From: Flectonema sp. DT1601
Lineage: Eukaryota
Direction: 5' to 3'
NCBI GenBank assembly: GCA_964019425.1
Contig: OZ025795.1
Coordinates: forward strand, 868,001 to 932,000
Length of the DNA: 64,000 nt
The stretch's first letter is position 1, and each line of letters begins with the position of its first letter. Position numbers and translations under genes: made by a program. Shown piece by piece: positions 21,790 to 32,935 of this stretch. Under the pieces are notes generated by a model that worked only from the letters and a program-made list of their open reading frames with translations, searched no databases and was not told the origin of the DNA.

Positions 21790-22574
21790 GAATATGCTTT
21801 ATCTTAAACTATACAGAACATTGTAATATATCACTTAGTTCGTGCACAAAATCGGACCGTCACCAAAGATGGATCGATTGGGAGTAATTTGATTTGGGGG
21901 GCAAAAAAATAAAAGTCGGGGTAAAACGGTTTTACTGTATGTTTTGTTATTGGTTGGGTACTACCGTTCCCTCAATGTAATAACCCGAGAGGATTGAAGA
22001 GATGCCAAGAAAGGTCTGTAATGGTACGTCTTGAGGTACTTCATACGCGCCTGTTATTCTTGAGAACAGCAAGTCATCCATGCGGTCAACTGTAATGTGT
22101 AACATCTGTCTGACGTGACCTGAGCTGTTGGAGACCCGTCCTTCCAGATCGGGCATTACATATGGGGAGCTCAAACCCATTCCTGAGGCAAACTATCTAG
22201 TTTTGTCTACGTCTAATCAGGCCTTTAGACATTTCGTCTCGCCCTTTGACAGTTTGCCCCGGTGGGTGAAGAATGTCTCCGCACATCGGAAACACAGTAT
22301 CGGTGCCGGATGTACCCTACCTCGACAATTGATATTTAGTTTCGACATTCAGTGAGTTTTTGTTTGTGCACGAAACCGTGAACCAACTTATAAACTGATA
22401 AAGTTGAAGGAGGTTTACCCAATATTCTTATTCCTTCTTGCAATACTTATTAAATGAAAAAAAAAAGGTAAACAAATAAACAAACATACAATCAGATTAT
22501 AAACCAATATTCGTTGCGAAACTTATTTTGCTAATTTTCTTTTTTGTACCGACGTAGTCGGAGAAGAAACTATT
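21790..22574 (+). mobile_element. Dispersed repeat family, longest copy (possible non-autonomous rolling-circle/Helitron-like element)
   Basis: Shares the left block TTATCTTAAACTATACAGAA and the core ...TTTTGTTT...GAAACCGTGAACC..AAACTGATAAAG..AAGGAGG.TTAC with copies at ~36272 and ~57392. GC hairpin followed by CTAT-T at the proposed right end. Confidence 0.55.
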
Positions 22575-22597
22575 CAGATTGAAAGCCGATATTTCTT

Positions 22598-23168
22598 ATG
22601 GTCATGATTTATTTTCCCCGTGCGACAGGATTTTGTCTGCGTTCAACAAAGAACTATGCCAGGAGTCAACTCAAGACAATTGCAGCACAATCACCAGCAC
22701 CTGAACAGACACAAGCTCCCGGAATCGAAGAGGAGGATCTAGCCTCACTGCGTCGGCAGATCCGCCACGAGGAGGAGAAGAGTGTTGCAGGATCAGTTGC
22801 AATACCTAAGGACGACGGAGCCCACCTGACCGGCGGAGTGGGATCCGAACATCAGCCGGAAGAAATCACCAGGGGACCGTTGATGGACGGTCTGGCGTCG
22901 ATCGACGTGGACGCCTGGTGGGATCGCCGAGCACTTATCACTAGTGCACGTCCACCAGCGGGAACACTACCGCGAGTTGGTGGAGGCCAAAGCAGGGGCT
23001 AACGCCTCTCCACAAGCGCACGAAGCACACGCCAGATTACGAGAGCTCGGCACAGCGATGGCAAGGTTACCATCCATCGACAACCTGGAGGAGACTCATC
23101 AGGGACATGGTGAAGGAAAACATCGACAGTTTGGGGTTATTGAAATATATACTAATAGGCTAATCTGA
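22598..23168 (+). pseudogene. GC-rich, frameshifted coding-like fragment on the strand opposite the gene cluster
   Basis: Two overlapping + ORFs (22598-23002, 22944-23168) with protein-like composition, inside a repeat-rich intergenic zone. Confidence 0.35.
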
Positions 23169-23608
23169 ATGGTTTGTTGTGTTATAGGTAGCGGTTTACT
23201 AGATCAATAAATCACAAGAAAAAATCACCAATAAATAAAAATAAAACTGAAATCTATGAATAATCACAGATCCAGTCAGCTAGATAGAAGCTGCAGTATC
23301 CTGGGATGGGATTCCCACATGATAATACAAAGTCCGACACTGTAGCACCTGTTCCATCAGTGACAAAGCAACCAGCTAAAGAAGGTGGTGGCCCCTTTCA
23401 ACGCAGGGCTCTGCCCAAAGGAAGAACAGTTCATTTTTTGTGTATCAACTTTTATTATTCACAATGAGACAAAACAAAAAAAACAGAAGAAAAAAAATTA
23501 TTCATTTAAGCAGAGAAAAGGGCTCCTTTTTTTATTTTTATTTTTTTTTGTTTCCATTCTCCATGGGATCAGAAGGGGGGAAAAAAAAAAAAAAAAAAAA
23601 AAAAAGGG

Positions 23609-24182
23609 AGATGGAAGTGCCCTACAATTTGGAGGGCGTGTAGGGCGCTTTTAATATAAATATTATTTTGGAGGGAGCTTTTTTTTACCATTTTTATTAC
23701 TATAAGACAGCTAAATTGACGTCGACTTACACTGACGCACAAGTATTTTGACGCAGAAGCCAAAAAAGAAATTTTGACATGCTTGGCAGTCTTTCGAAAA
23801 AGAGAAAAAAGGGTGTCACGGGGTTCGAACCCGAGACCTCCAGGTCATGGTTCGGAGGTCAACAATGGCAAAAACAATGGGCTACTCCTTGAGAGCTTCC
23901 GGAGCCTGCTGCAATCCCTGAAGCTGAAACTCATTTCAGTGGACGATGCATCCCAGATCTACAAGGAGCTGATTAGCCCGCAGAATGCACCGAGTCGAAT
24001 ATAGAGGGATTCGAGGAGGGAGAGTGCGTTCTTGCTAACCTGTTAATAGGCCGGTCTTCACGGTACCTTGTGAGAAAAAAAAGAAGTTTACTGGTGGCAA
24101 GTAAACTGATATCCCAGAGACGCATTTGATCGGGCGCTGATTTTCACCAGGCGCCCTCCAAATTTGGAGGGCACTTCCATCT
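23609..24182. mobile_element. MITE-like element (~574 bp) with ~30-bp terminal inverted repeats
   Basis: Left AGATGGAAGTGCCCTACAATTTGGAGGGCG (23609-23638); right CGCCCTCCAAATTTGGAGGGCACTTCCATCT (24152-24182). No transposase; no clear TSD. Confidence 0.75.
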
Positions 24183-24259
24183 ATGTAATATTATAATAAT
24201 TATGTAAGCAGAAAAGACAACTTACTCCACGACAGTTTTTAAATAAGAAATTAGTTACA

Positions 24260-24775
24260 TTAAGAAGCATTGTTCTCTACTATTGATCTGCAAAGAGGAC
24301 ACGAGAATTGCTTGTGCTGTTTGGAGAGGATTTGAAACCAATCGTGGCAACAAGAATGGTGAAATGTGTGATCACAATTAGGGAAACGGATCAATGGTTG
24401 AGATGGTTTTTCTTCTGAATCAGGACACTCAATATCATGTTCAACAGTTAGAGTGTCTTCACAACAAATACAACAATTCCAGTCATCAGTTGGTGGCTTG
24501 TCAATGTGTGGCATTTCGAAAACTACATTTACATCTTGCGGCGTTGAATTGGAAATATTTGATGCACCCCTCGCCAAGCTCAATAATCGCTTTTGACGTT
24601 TTGCCTGTCTTCTAGCAGTGGCATCATACTCACCGTTATTCTTCGCTCGTAACACTGTTGCGATGAATATTATTATTATAGCTAAAAATACTCCTCCAAC
24701 AGCGAGTGCAACTGCTGAAGAGCGATCAGAAACACCGCCAAGAGCCATCGAAGACAATAGTAAAACTGAACTCAT
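24260..24775 (-). CDS. Single-pass membrane RING-H2 E3 ubiquitin ligase-like protein
   Basis: N-terminal hydrophobic segments; CCIC...CDHTFHHSC...W...CPLCR RING-H2. ATG at 24775 (ORF track starts at a TTG). Confidence 0.85.
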   Translation of the reverse strand: MSSVLLLSSMALGGVSDRSSAVALAVGGVFLAIIIIFIATVLRAKNNGEYDATARRQAKRQKRLLSLARGASNISNSTPQDVNVVFEMPHIDKPPTDDWNCCICCEDTLTVEHDIECPDSEEKPSQPLIRFPNCDHTFHHSCCHDWFQILSKQHKQFSCPLCRSIVENNAS

Positions 24776-25034
24776 TGTTATCAATGTTGTTAAAGGGTTA
24801 AAATAGCAACCTAATTTAAAAAAAAAAAGTAATTTAAATCCAAACCATAAACTACACTACTACTTAACTAATATTATTCTGAAATCGAATATTCTATTTT
24901 TGCTGTGTCAGCTTTAGGATAGAGATTATTATTATTTTTTTTTTTTTTTTTTTCAAATAAAATAGATACTACTGAACGACAGCTATCTAAGCTGCCAAAA
25001 TACACGTCGTATCCAGCAATACCATTTGTATGCC

Positions 25035-25065
<31 letters not shown>

Positions 25066-25068
25066 CAT

Positions 25069-25608
25069 CTATTTTTGAAATGCAGGTTGGGTTGTTTGTA
25101 AAGAACTTTTCCCTCCTTCTACCAACCACCCAACAGACATGTGTTTCATTCTTGGTGCGCGAGTGTTGTAATTTCGTGGATCAGTCAACTGACAATGAAG
25201 TCCCATGGTACAATAAACAGCAGTGAATAATGAAACAATGTGAACTCCATTTGCAATAACATAAAACGTATCATCCCAATACAATTGTCTAGAAGTACCT
25301 TTTAATATCCAACGACGATAAACCCACGGCATTGGCATGATACAAAGATGAATCATATTAGCGATTAATGACCCGGAAGTAAGTTTTAGTAATTCACCAA
25401 ACAATCCAGCTTGAAATTTTATTGTTTGACTCACGCTTACATATATCATACCGAAACTACACATTATTATTACTCCGTGAAGGGCAATTAGTATGATATT
25501 GCCAATGTCTTCGTCTTTTTCCATGTGAAGAGTGTTACTCATCCCTGTCGCTATTATATCCAATGCAAGAAAAATGAATGTCAGTGAGATGTTGGTTATG
25601 TATTCCAT
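25069..25608 (-). CDS. TMEM138: Transmembrane protein 138-like (ciliary)
   Basis: 4 TM helices with TxxFQAGL and LTDPRNY motifs typical of TMEM138. Confidence 0.75.
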   Translation of the reverse strand: MEYITNISLTFIFLALDIIATGMSNTLHMEKDEDIGNIILIALHGVIIMCSFGMIYVSVSQTIKFQAGLFGELLKLTSGSLIANMIHLCIMPMPWVYRRWILKGTSRQLYWDDTFYVIANGVHIVSLFTAVYCTMGLHCQLTDPRNYNTRAPRMKHMSVGWLVEGGKSSLQTTQPAFQK

Positions 25609-25779
25609 CTTGTTGAGATTTCTTTTTTCTTAACTGTTTCAAACAACTAAAATATAAAAACAAACGTCATAAATTAATTCAAAAAAAAAAAAAAAAAAAA
25701 AAAAAAACTTTTTCATTTTTTCAAAAATAATAAAACATTAAATACGCTTTAAGGAAAAAAACAACAATAAATTAATTTT

Positions 25780-26979
25780 TTATGAAAGAGCCAGTCGCAA
25801 AACTGGTGAGGCGTCAGTTCCAGACACAGAAGCGCCACAATTAGACAAAAAATGAGTTCCTATTGAAGTAACGTTGGTCAAGGGGGACAAGTCTAAAGTA
25901 GAAATGGAGTTGCAAGAGAACAAAAAATCATTTCCAATAGAAGAAACTGAAGTGAGCCCAGACAAATCCAGAGAACTAAGGGAAGTACATCCATATAGAA
26001 AACTGTGACCTATAAAAGCAGCGCTTGTTAAAGAAGACAAGTCTAACGTCGTAAGTGATTGACAATCACTTAAGAAACCTTCTCCAATCCCGAGTGTCGT
26101 ACAAACAGTTGGTAGTATAACAGAAGTAAGTGAATGACACCCTGATAAGAAAAAGTCTTCAATCCAGGTTATGTCAGAGCCAGATAAATTTAAACTTGTT
26201 AACAATTCACATCCACTTAAAAATGACATCCCTATCCGAACACCACTTGGGATTCGTGGCAGTACCACTGACTGCAACGCACTACACCTGCTCATAAAAT
26301 AATTTCCAAAACAAGTAATACCAGTAAGGTCTGATAAATCTAACGATCTCAGAGAAGAGCATTCAAACAAAAACCAATTACTAATATCCCGTATTTGAGA
26401 TAATGACGGAAGAGACAGAGACACTAATGAATTACATCCACTCAAAAATGAGCTTTGAATTACTTGGAGATTGTTCAGCTGAGAAATGTCCAATACTCGT
26501 AATGAGCATTCATGATATCTCATTCCCGTAGCTGATAGTGACCCTGAGCATAAAGTTGTTATTTCATTTGAGTTCACCAGACACATGTTGATTATCGTTT
26601 CAGGAAAGAATTTTAATTTCGCAGAGAACTTTCCTGTACAATCAGTGAATGTATCGGCATCAATAAAACAAGTGATGTCAGGATTATTCTTAAACGCATA
26701 TGATAATCGATCAAGAACATCGACCATCATAAAATCCTGCTTTCCAAACGCCCGCATTATCTCAAATGCGATGAGCTCTTCGTCGCCTTGTAATCCCAGT
26801 GACAGTAATTTAGTAGATCGTTTTATCGTCTCACATCCAAATTTTATTGATATCCTCATTGGGTCAATTCCCCATTCGTCACAAGCAGCAATAACCGCCT
26901 CATTTACCGTCGAATCCTCTCTCGCTGTAAACCTGACATCATTAAAGTTCGAATCAGGGAATAAAATCGTAATATTCAT
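25780..26979 (-). CDS. Ubiquitin-like N-terminal domain plus BspA-like leucine-rich repeats (399 aa)
   Basis: N-terminal beta-grasp-like segment (KLLSLGLQGDEELIAF); repeats IGxxFLxxCxSLxxLDLSxLT. ATG at 26979. Confidence 0.8.
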   Translation of the reverse strand: MNITILFPDSNFNDVRFTAREDSTVNEAVIAACDEWGIDPMRISIKFGCETIKRSTKLLSLGLQGDEELIAFEIMRAFGKQDFMMVDVLDRLSYAFKNNPDITCFIDADTFTDCTGKFSAKLKFFPETIINMCLVNSNEITTLCSGSLSATGMRYHECSLRVLDISQLNNLQVIQSSFLSGCNSLVSLSLPSLSQIRDISNWFLFECSSLRSLDLSDLTGITCFGNYFMSRCSALQSVVLPRIPSGVRIGMSFLSGCELLTSLNLSGSDITWIEDFFLSGCHSLTSVILPTVCTTLGIGEGFLSDCQSLTTLDLSSLTSAAFIGHSFLYGCTSLSSLDLSGLTSVSSIGNDFLFSCNSISTLDLSPLTNVTSIGTHFLSNCGASVSGTDASPVLRLALS

Positions 26980-27567
26980 CGTGTGAATGCCTTGTGTCTG
27001 CAGAAAATACACAATAACCAAACTACGAATTATTGATACCAAGTATTACTTTCAATTCAGCATATTTATTATGTCGTTCTTTTTTTTTTTTTTTAAGTGG
27101 ATTACCTAATACAAAATAAAATACGTAACAACAAACCTAAAACACTACACTCAAATGGCTTTCTTACTACAAAACAAAAAGGTTAGTGGTGTTTCGTGGT
27201 AGGATTTAAAATTATAAAAAATGAGTAAGCAAAAATACTCAAGCTAAAGAAAACTAACAAAATATAAGAAAAATGTCTTCGAAGACAGTGGGAAACACTG
27301 ACTTTTTTTTTTTTTTTCATCCGTTCGCAGAGCAAAATAAACAGCAAAGGTTTTTCCGCTCAAACAATACAGACTTTTCCAGTACTGCACATGAAACAGA
27401 GAGGAGTAAGGACAAGAACAAACATATCAAATAGTCCAGTCTGAAGTTAGGATAGATTTTAAATATCTTCAAACTATACCAATCAAGATAACTAATTATA
27501 ATAAGTTGAGGGAGTAGGTTAATTGCAATCATCTAAAACAAACTTAAGAAACAAAGCGCAGCTGTCA

Positions 27568-30204
27568 TTACTGATAAACGTCTTCCTCACCGTAGAGACT
27601 TCCAATTGTCCTTTCAACGTGGCCGCGGTTCCTCTTCAGGGCGTCGATGCACTTCTCGAAACCAAAGTTTTCAATGAACCCGAAGGCTTCCAATTGTTGA
27701 AGGGATTCAGGGTAGTCAGTTTTCGAATTGCGAGCTCCAATTGAATCGAATCTGGTTTCAACGGAATAGTACAGCGAGGTGCGACTTACGCAGCAGCATG
27801 CTGCCAGATCGCGGTCTGGAAGAAATGACAAAACTGACTTGAAAATAGAAGGCTCGGCCTTCATCACATCCGAAACGCTTCTTACGACAGCAGCTCCCCC
27901 TGCGCAAGAAGTGTCCGCGCGTTCCAACCCAACAGACGTGGAGATGTTCTCGAATGCTGGGCTCCATCCCTCTGCCAACTTCACCAGCTCAGCTGCCGCA
28001 TCCTTCCTTCCCGACTTCAGCGCACCCACAACCGCAATCGCTTCGTCCAAGTTGCAGTTGGAGACCAGCTTAGCTTCAACCGACTGCCTCAAGAGGCCCG
28101 CAAACTGGTCGAAGTGTTCCGCCTTCAGCACCGGGAACTTCACAGAGGCATCCGAGTCTGCCATCATGCCAGCAATTGAAGAGAGGGCGGTGGAAACAAA
28201 TTCAGTGCCGAGGTCTTTGAAGTGGCTGCAGATCTCCTGGGTCACTAACAGCGGACACCAACTGGAAGCAAAAACAAGCAGCCTCGAAGCAACACGGTAG
28301 CTCGTACTCTCAGTGGCCAGCCTACCCAACAGCAAATCAACCTTCGTCAGGTCCGGACGCGAACCGTCTATCCTGAGCTGCAGGGGAGTGATGCCTTCGT
28401 TCTTGAGCTCAAGGTACATCGCTCCCTTCAGTTGCTGATCGACTGTCAGCGGACACGACTCCTCCGGTTTGTGTCTCAGAAAGGATATCAAAACAAACTG
28501 CGCATCCGGGTTCACTTCCTCCAAATACTTCTTTGCCAGCTTAGCGAACGGCAGCTTCGTCGTCACCCCAGGATCGTTCTCCTCTTCATCCGACACTGTG
28601 ATGATGGTTTCAACCTTCTTCTTCGTCAGGTACAACCTCTCCAGAGCAGATCCCGGGGACGTCGCCCCGTCAGCCTTCGTGTAGTGCGACAGCATCAGAA
28701 CGTCCTTGATACTCTGAGGCACAAAAAGGGGATCCACAGCCTTGGCATTGAAGAACAGCAGCTCCGCCCCCTTTGACAAAGCAGTAAGCAGCGAGACGAT
28801 AATCGAACCTGTGCGCACAGCTACGTGCATCGATCCCGAGCAATCGCCGAGAACAGCGATCGGAGACCTCAGGGGAAGGGTGTACTCATTCAGAGAATTC
28901 TCAGCCACCGGGACCAGGTGCTCGAACACCGGACTGTTCTTCGAGTGCATGTGCATAAGTCGTTCCATCATCTTACCGTATCCAAAACTAGGTGTTTGGC
29001 CCCTCGACATCTTCTCGATCAGCACTTTGTCCACGTCAGCGCAATTCATGTCTTCGTACCACCAGATTAGGGTACTGATGTCCGTGTACTCGGCAATGGC
29101 CTTCTTCACCTGCTGCGATACCCTGCTCAAATTGAATTTCCTTCTCAGGTAAGTCAGCGGCACGTGGTGTGCCTTCAACCCATCCACGTTCTCCAGACTG
29201 GTCAGCGACAGCTTCAGTCCGTACTCCACGTGGTCTGGCCTCGGCTTCTTCGAGTCGAAAACACACGACAGAAACTCCTTCAGTGAGAAACCCTCCGGGT
29301 TCAGGTGCACCAGATCCGCGAACTCCTGCCAAGGCCCGAGACCGAATTCCAACAAGTAATGCATCAATGAACCTTTCTTGATGTTTTCAGCCCAACTACG
29401 AAACCTTTTGCACATGCTTCCACTGAGAGTCGCTGTCAGGCCAGAAACCTGCGCCGCCTCCAGCGATCCGATTTCAGACTTCAGTTTCGCGATCTTCCCA
29501 ATCCTCCGACGGAGCCATACCGGCGTGTTGTCTGAAGGATCTGAAGAAGGCTTCCCACCTTTCTTACCACCCTTGACTCCCTGTCTCATCCTGCTGAGTG
29601 CCTTGCCTCGGCCAGAGCGTGTTGGCGCCCACCTCGTGGATCCCTTTCTTCCCTTTCCCTTCCCCCCCGAGGAGTATCCTTTCCCGAACGTCGTAACACC
29701 TTTTTCCGGATCCTCCGAAGACGAAGTCGCCCTCTCCTCTCGCTGTTTTATTATCTCAGCGATCTTCGAGTTCATCTCCTCCACCGCAACAGCGTCCTCG
29801 CCCTCCGTCTTCGGCTTTTTGATTTCCGCCTCACCATCGTCTTCGGCAGGGCGCTTCTTCTGCTCTCCGCGGGTGGCACCCTTCGCTTCCACCAGAGCCA
29901 GAGACTTCTTCCACGCCTTCAACCGACGCTTACCGTCCAGCGCCTTGCACGCCGCTACAACTTCCGGGAATTTGAACTGCGGATGGGACAGCATCACATC
30001 TACGAACTCGTAGTCCTGACACTGCGCTGCTGCCAGTAGTGCCCTCGTCTTCGTTACCTTTTGAATGTCAACCAACTCCAACAACAAGAGGAATTGAACC
30101 TTATAAATATCCCCATTGTCCTTTAACATGTTGTAGTGCTCCATAAACTCACTCTCATCGTTGAGCAATAGCTGTTTCACAGAGGAAGTTTGTTCTGCAG
30201 ACAT
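27568..30204 (-). CDS. vWA-domain protein with helical N-terminal region, C-terminal F-box-like motif and UBA domain (878 aa); GC-rich
   Basis: MIDAS DCSGS (PIAVLGDCSGSM), T.P, VSDEEEN; F-box-like IFKSVLSFLPDRDLAACCCVSR; UBA LQQLEAFGF...CIDALKRNRGHVERTIGSL. Confidence 0.8.
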   Translation of the reverse strand: MSAEQTSSVKQLLLNDESEFMEHYNMLKDNGDIYKVQFLLLLELVDIQKVTKTRALLAAAQCQDYEFVDVMLSHPQFKFPEVVAACKALDGKRRLKAWKKSLALVEAKGATRGEQKKRPAEDDGEAEIKKPKTEGEDAVAVEEMNSKIAEIIKQREERATSSSEDPEKGVTTFGKGYSSGGKGKGRKGSTRWAPTRSGRGKALSRMRQGVKGGKKGGKPSSDPSDNTPVWLRRRIGKIAKLKSEIGSLEAAQVSGLTATLSGSMCKRFRSWAENIKKGSLMHYLLEFGLGPWQEFADLVHLNPEGFSLKEFLSCVFDSKKPRPDHVEYGLKLSLTSLENVDGLKAHHVPLTYLRRKFNLSRVSQQVKKAIAEYTDISTLIWWYEDMNCADVDKVLIEKMSRGQTPSFGYGKMMERLMHMHSKNSPVFEHLVPVAENSLNEYTLPLRSPIAVLGDCSGSMHVAVRTGSIIVSLLTALSKGAELLFFNAKAVDPLFVPQSIKDVLMLSHYTKADGATSPGSALERLYLTKKKVETIITVSDEEENDPGVTTKLPFAKLAKKYLEEVNPDAQFVLISFLRHKPEESCPLTVDQQLKGAMYLELKNEGITPLQLRIDGSRPDLTKVDLLLGRLATESTSYRVASRLLVFASSWCPLLVTQEICSHFKDLGTEFVSTALSSIAGMMADSDASVKFPVLKAEHFDQFAGLLRQSVEAKLVSNCNLDEAIAVVGALKSGRKDAAAELVKLAEGWSPAFENISTSVGLERADTSCAGGAAVVRSVSDVMKAEPSIFKSVLSFLPDRDLAACCCVSRTSLYYSVETRFDSIGARNSKTDYPESLQQLEAFGFIENFGFEKCIDALKRNRGHVERTIGSLYGEEDVYQ

Positions 30205-30291
30205 AGTTGTGGTAGAGTGTTAAATCTGAAGGAAAAGAGCGATAAGAATCAGATACCACAGCCCAAACAAGAACTTAATACGAAAGACACA

Positions 30292-30648
30292 TCAGTTAGT
30301 TGATTTTCTTGTTATTATTATTTTTATATAATTTCCCTTCTTCTCTGTTACATTATTTGGTAACAGCGGGTGACCATTTCCAGGTGTATCAGATGAGAGA
30401 GAAATAGTTCCGCATGTTGTTGAGATCACTACTTCGCAAAGTGCATTCATCCTCGCCTCGACAACAGCACAGGTAGCAGTTTTTATACCTTTCCCTACAC
30501 CTCGAACAACTGCTCTTCTTTTTGACTTGTTCTCAACTAATCGTAGTATCTCCTTCACCACACCAGGGACACTACTTTTACCGCTGACCCAAACATCGTA
30601 TTCTGTCTCTTCCACACGGGGAATTTTAAGCTTACGGGACTTCACCAT
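30292..30648 (-). CDS. Alba-fold protein, Rpp20/Pop7-like (RNase P/MRP subunit)
   Basis: YDVWVSGKS...VVRGVGKGIKTA...STTCGTISL...YIKIIITR matches the Alba/Rpp20 pattern. Confidence 0.6.
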   Translation of the reverse strand: MVKSRKLKIPRVEETEYDVWVSGKSSVPGVVKEILRLVENKSKRRAVVRGVGKGIKTATCAVVEARMNALCEVVISTTCGTISLSSDTPGNGHPLLPNNVTEKKGNYIKIIITRKSTN

Positions 30649-30913
30649 TATTACTACATTAATACCTGTGAGAGAAAACGGAGGTTAACAAAAATACCTA
30701 TGAGAAAAGAATTACTATATTCGGGAGTATTCTAATTGGTTAGCTAATTTTTTTTTTTTTTTTTTTTAAATAAAAAGATAACCCCCCTCCTCATTCACAA
30801 TAAGTTCTAATATTTCTAAAGGGAAAACAAAAGGGGGAATTGGGGTTCTGAAAGGGATTTACAATTTGTGTGTGTCCGTGAGGATGACGATTCGAATTTT
30901 TTTTATTTTTTTT

Positions 30914-32935
30914 TTAATGATGTCTCCCCCATGTAGCAGACAGGTAGTCAGACTTCACATCTTGATTTTGACGAAGATGATGGTTCTCCTGAACGAGGTG
31001 CTCAAGTTCATCAGTCATCTGTTTTACGATATTATCGCATTCAGTTCTTTCTGCTTCGTACATTGCTCTCTCATCTTGAAGCTGTTGGAGTTGAGATGGT
31101 GATGCTGCTACTGGATCCAGTGATTGAATCCTACCTCCAACACTTCCGATATCAGATGATAGTTTGTTCATGTTCATTTCAAATGCAGTAATTTTATTAT
31201 GAATTCCATCACCTGAGATTCCAAGTGCGTTTATACCTCCTGGACTCTTACCAACAGTTAAGATAGTCTGTTCTAGTTCCATCTTTAATCTGTCTGCTAC
31301 TCCTGTTAATGTCGTACATTTAGCCGCGAGTTCGTTTTCTCGTATCTTTGAAGCTTCCAACATCTGAGAATATGATTCTCGTTGGCGTTCTAGTTCGTTT
31401 CGGAGTTTTAGACTTTCAGTTTTGGAATTTATAATCTGATGTTTTATTTGATGAGTTTGTTTGTTTGTTTTTTTTTAGTGTATAAAAACATATTAAAACA
31501 CATACATCATTAGAAGATATAGGTCCACCTTGTTGACTTGCATGATCTCTTTGAGACATCTCTAGTTCCAGTCGAAGTCGGTGACTTTCATCTCGCTCCT
31601 GTTTATAGTTATTATTAGGTAGGGGAATAGAATAATGTGAACATGCAGGTATTATAGTGTTGTATTTTGACATACCATACGAAGTGCTTCGCGTAGTGGA
31701 GCATCGCTGGAGTCTCCCGTCGTCAGAATCTTTTCTTTGAAATTTTCAATCTGGTCCTGAAGAAATTGTTTATCAGCATCACCTTGAGAAAGAGCTGAAT
31801 TTAAAGTATCAAAGTTCTGCTTTACAATAGCACGTTCCTGTTCGAGTAGTAGAATCTTACTGTCAGCCTGGTCAGCTCTGCGTTCTGCTGATGACTTCTG
31901 TTGTTGAATTTGACGAAACTGTTCATCCAAATTAGTCACCTGCTGCTGATAAGCGATTTTATCTCTCACGGCTTTCTGGGCTTCAAAACCGCTGTTGTCA
32001 ACATGTGACTTTAAGTCATCCCTCTCTGTGGTTAGTTGAGTTAGACTGTTCTGAAGGGATTCTACTTTTTGATTTAGAATCCTTCGCTCCTGACGAATAG
32101 TCTCGTCGAGGGAATTAAGCTGTTGGGCGAGAATTTCCTTTTCTTGAACGACCATAGTATACTCAGCTTGTAATCTACCACTGTCTTGAACTTGATAAGC
32201 TGATTGCTGTGATATGGTATGGAGTCTCTGAACTTCTGATTTCAAACTGTCGTTCTGTTGTTTCATTAAACTCATTTGAGTCTGAAGTGATGAGATTTCC
32301 CGAATCTGTTTATCTGACGACTGAACAGACGCAGGTTGTTGCTGTTGTTGTTGTGGTGTAACACCATTCTGCCCACCAATAGACTGAACACAAAACTTTA
32401 ATATTTGTTGCATCTGTTCTTTATCTTGTACAAGTGATGCTGCCAAGACGTAAGCATCCTCAGGTTGGTAAACTCTGACTGTGTCTGTGTCCCAATTTTC
32501 AAGAAATGATTTACGCCTTTGCTCTATTGCCATTGTATTCGCTGACGGGTTGTGAAGATGGGTCAGTAATTTTCCCAATCTACTTGTTGGATTGCCTCCT
32601 GCTATCGAAGCAATCTTACCAGTTGCAGTGTCTCTGGACATGGAAATGCTATCGTAGTGGTATTTAAGCTCTTCCAGGAGATTTCCGATGGCCGGCTGAA
32701 CGATGTTTTGCTCTAACATAGTAACATACCCAACCAATGCTTCGAGACACTCTAGAAGTGATTTCTCACGTTTTATATTCTTATCCATGATGGCGTTCAT
32801 TTGTCGTTCTCTTTCAGAGAGTTTGTCTTCAGTTAGTCGTAATTCATCCTGAATATCTGCAACAAGTTCTTGCGTTTCAATGAGTTCCTGGTTTGCTGAC
32901 ATCCCAGGCATTGTCCCGCCTAAACCCGCCATCAT
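30914..32935 (-). CDS. Long coiled-coil protein, 3 exons
   Basis: GT-AG introns at 31599-31675 and 31436-31505 join three ORFs in frame; Q/E/L-rich heptads. Confidence 0.8.

Noticed and set aside
23811..23858. Functional tRNA gene
   Set aside because: 5' half (acceptor stem and D-arm) is missing; kept only as a fragment within the MITE.
27779..30013. Long + strand ORFs (173, 136, 211 aa etc.)
   Set aside because: Antisense shadows of the GC-rich 878-aa gene.
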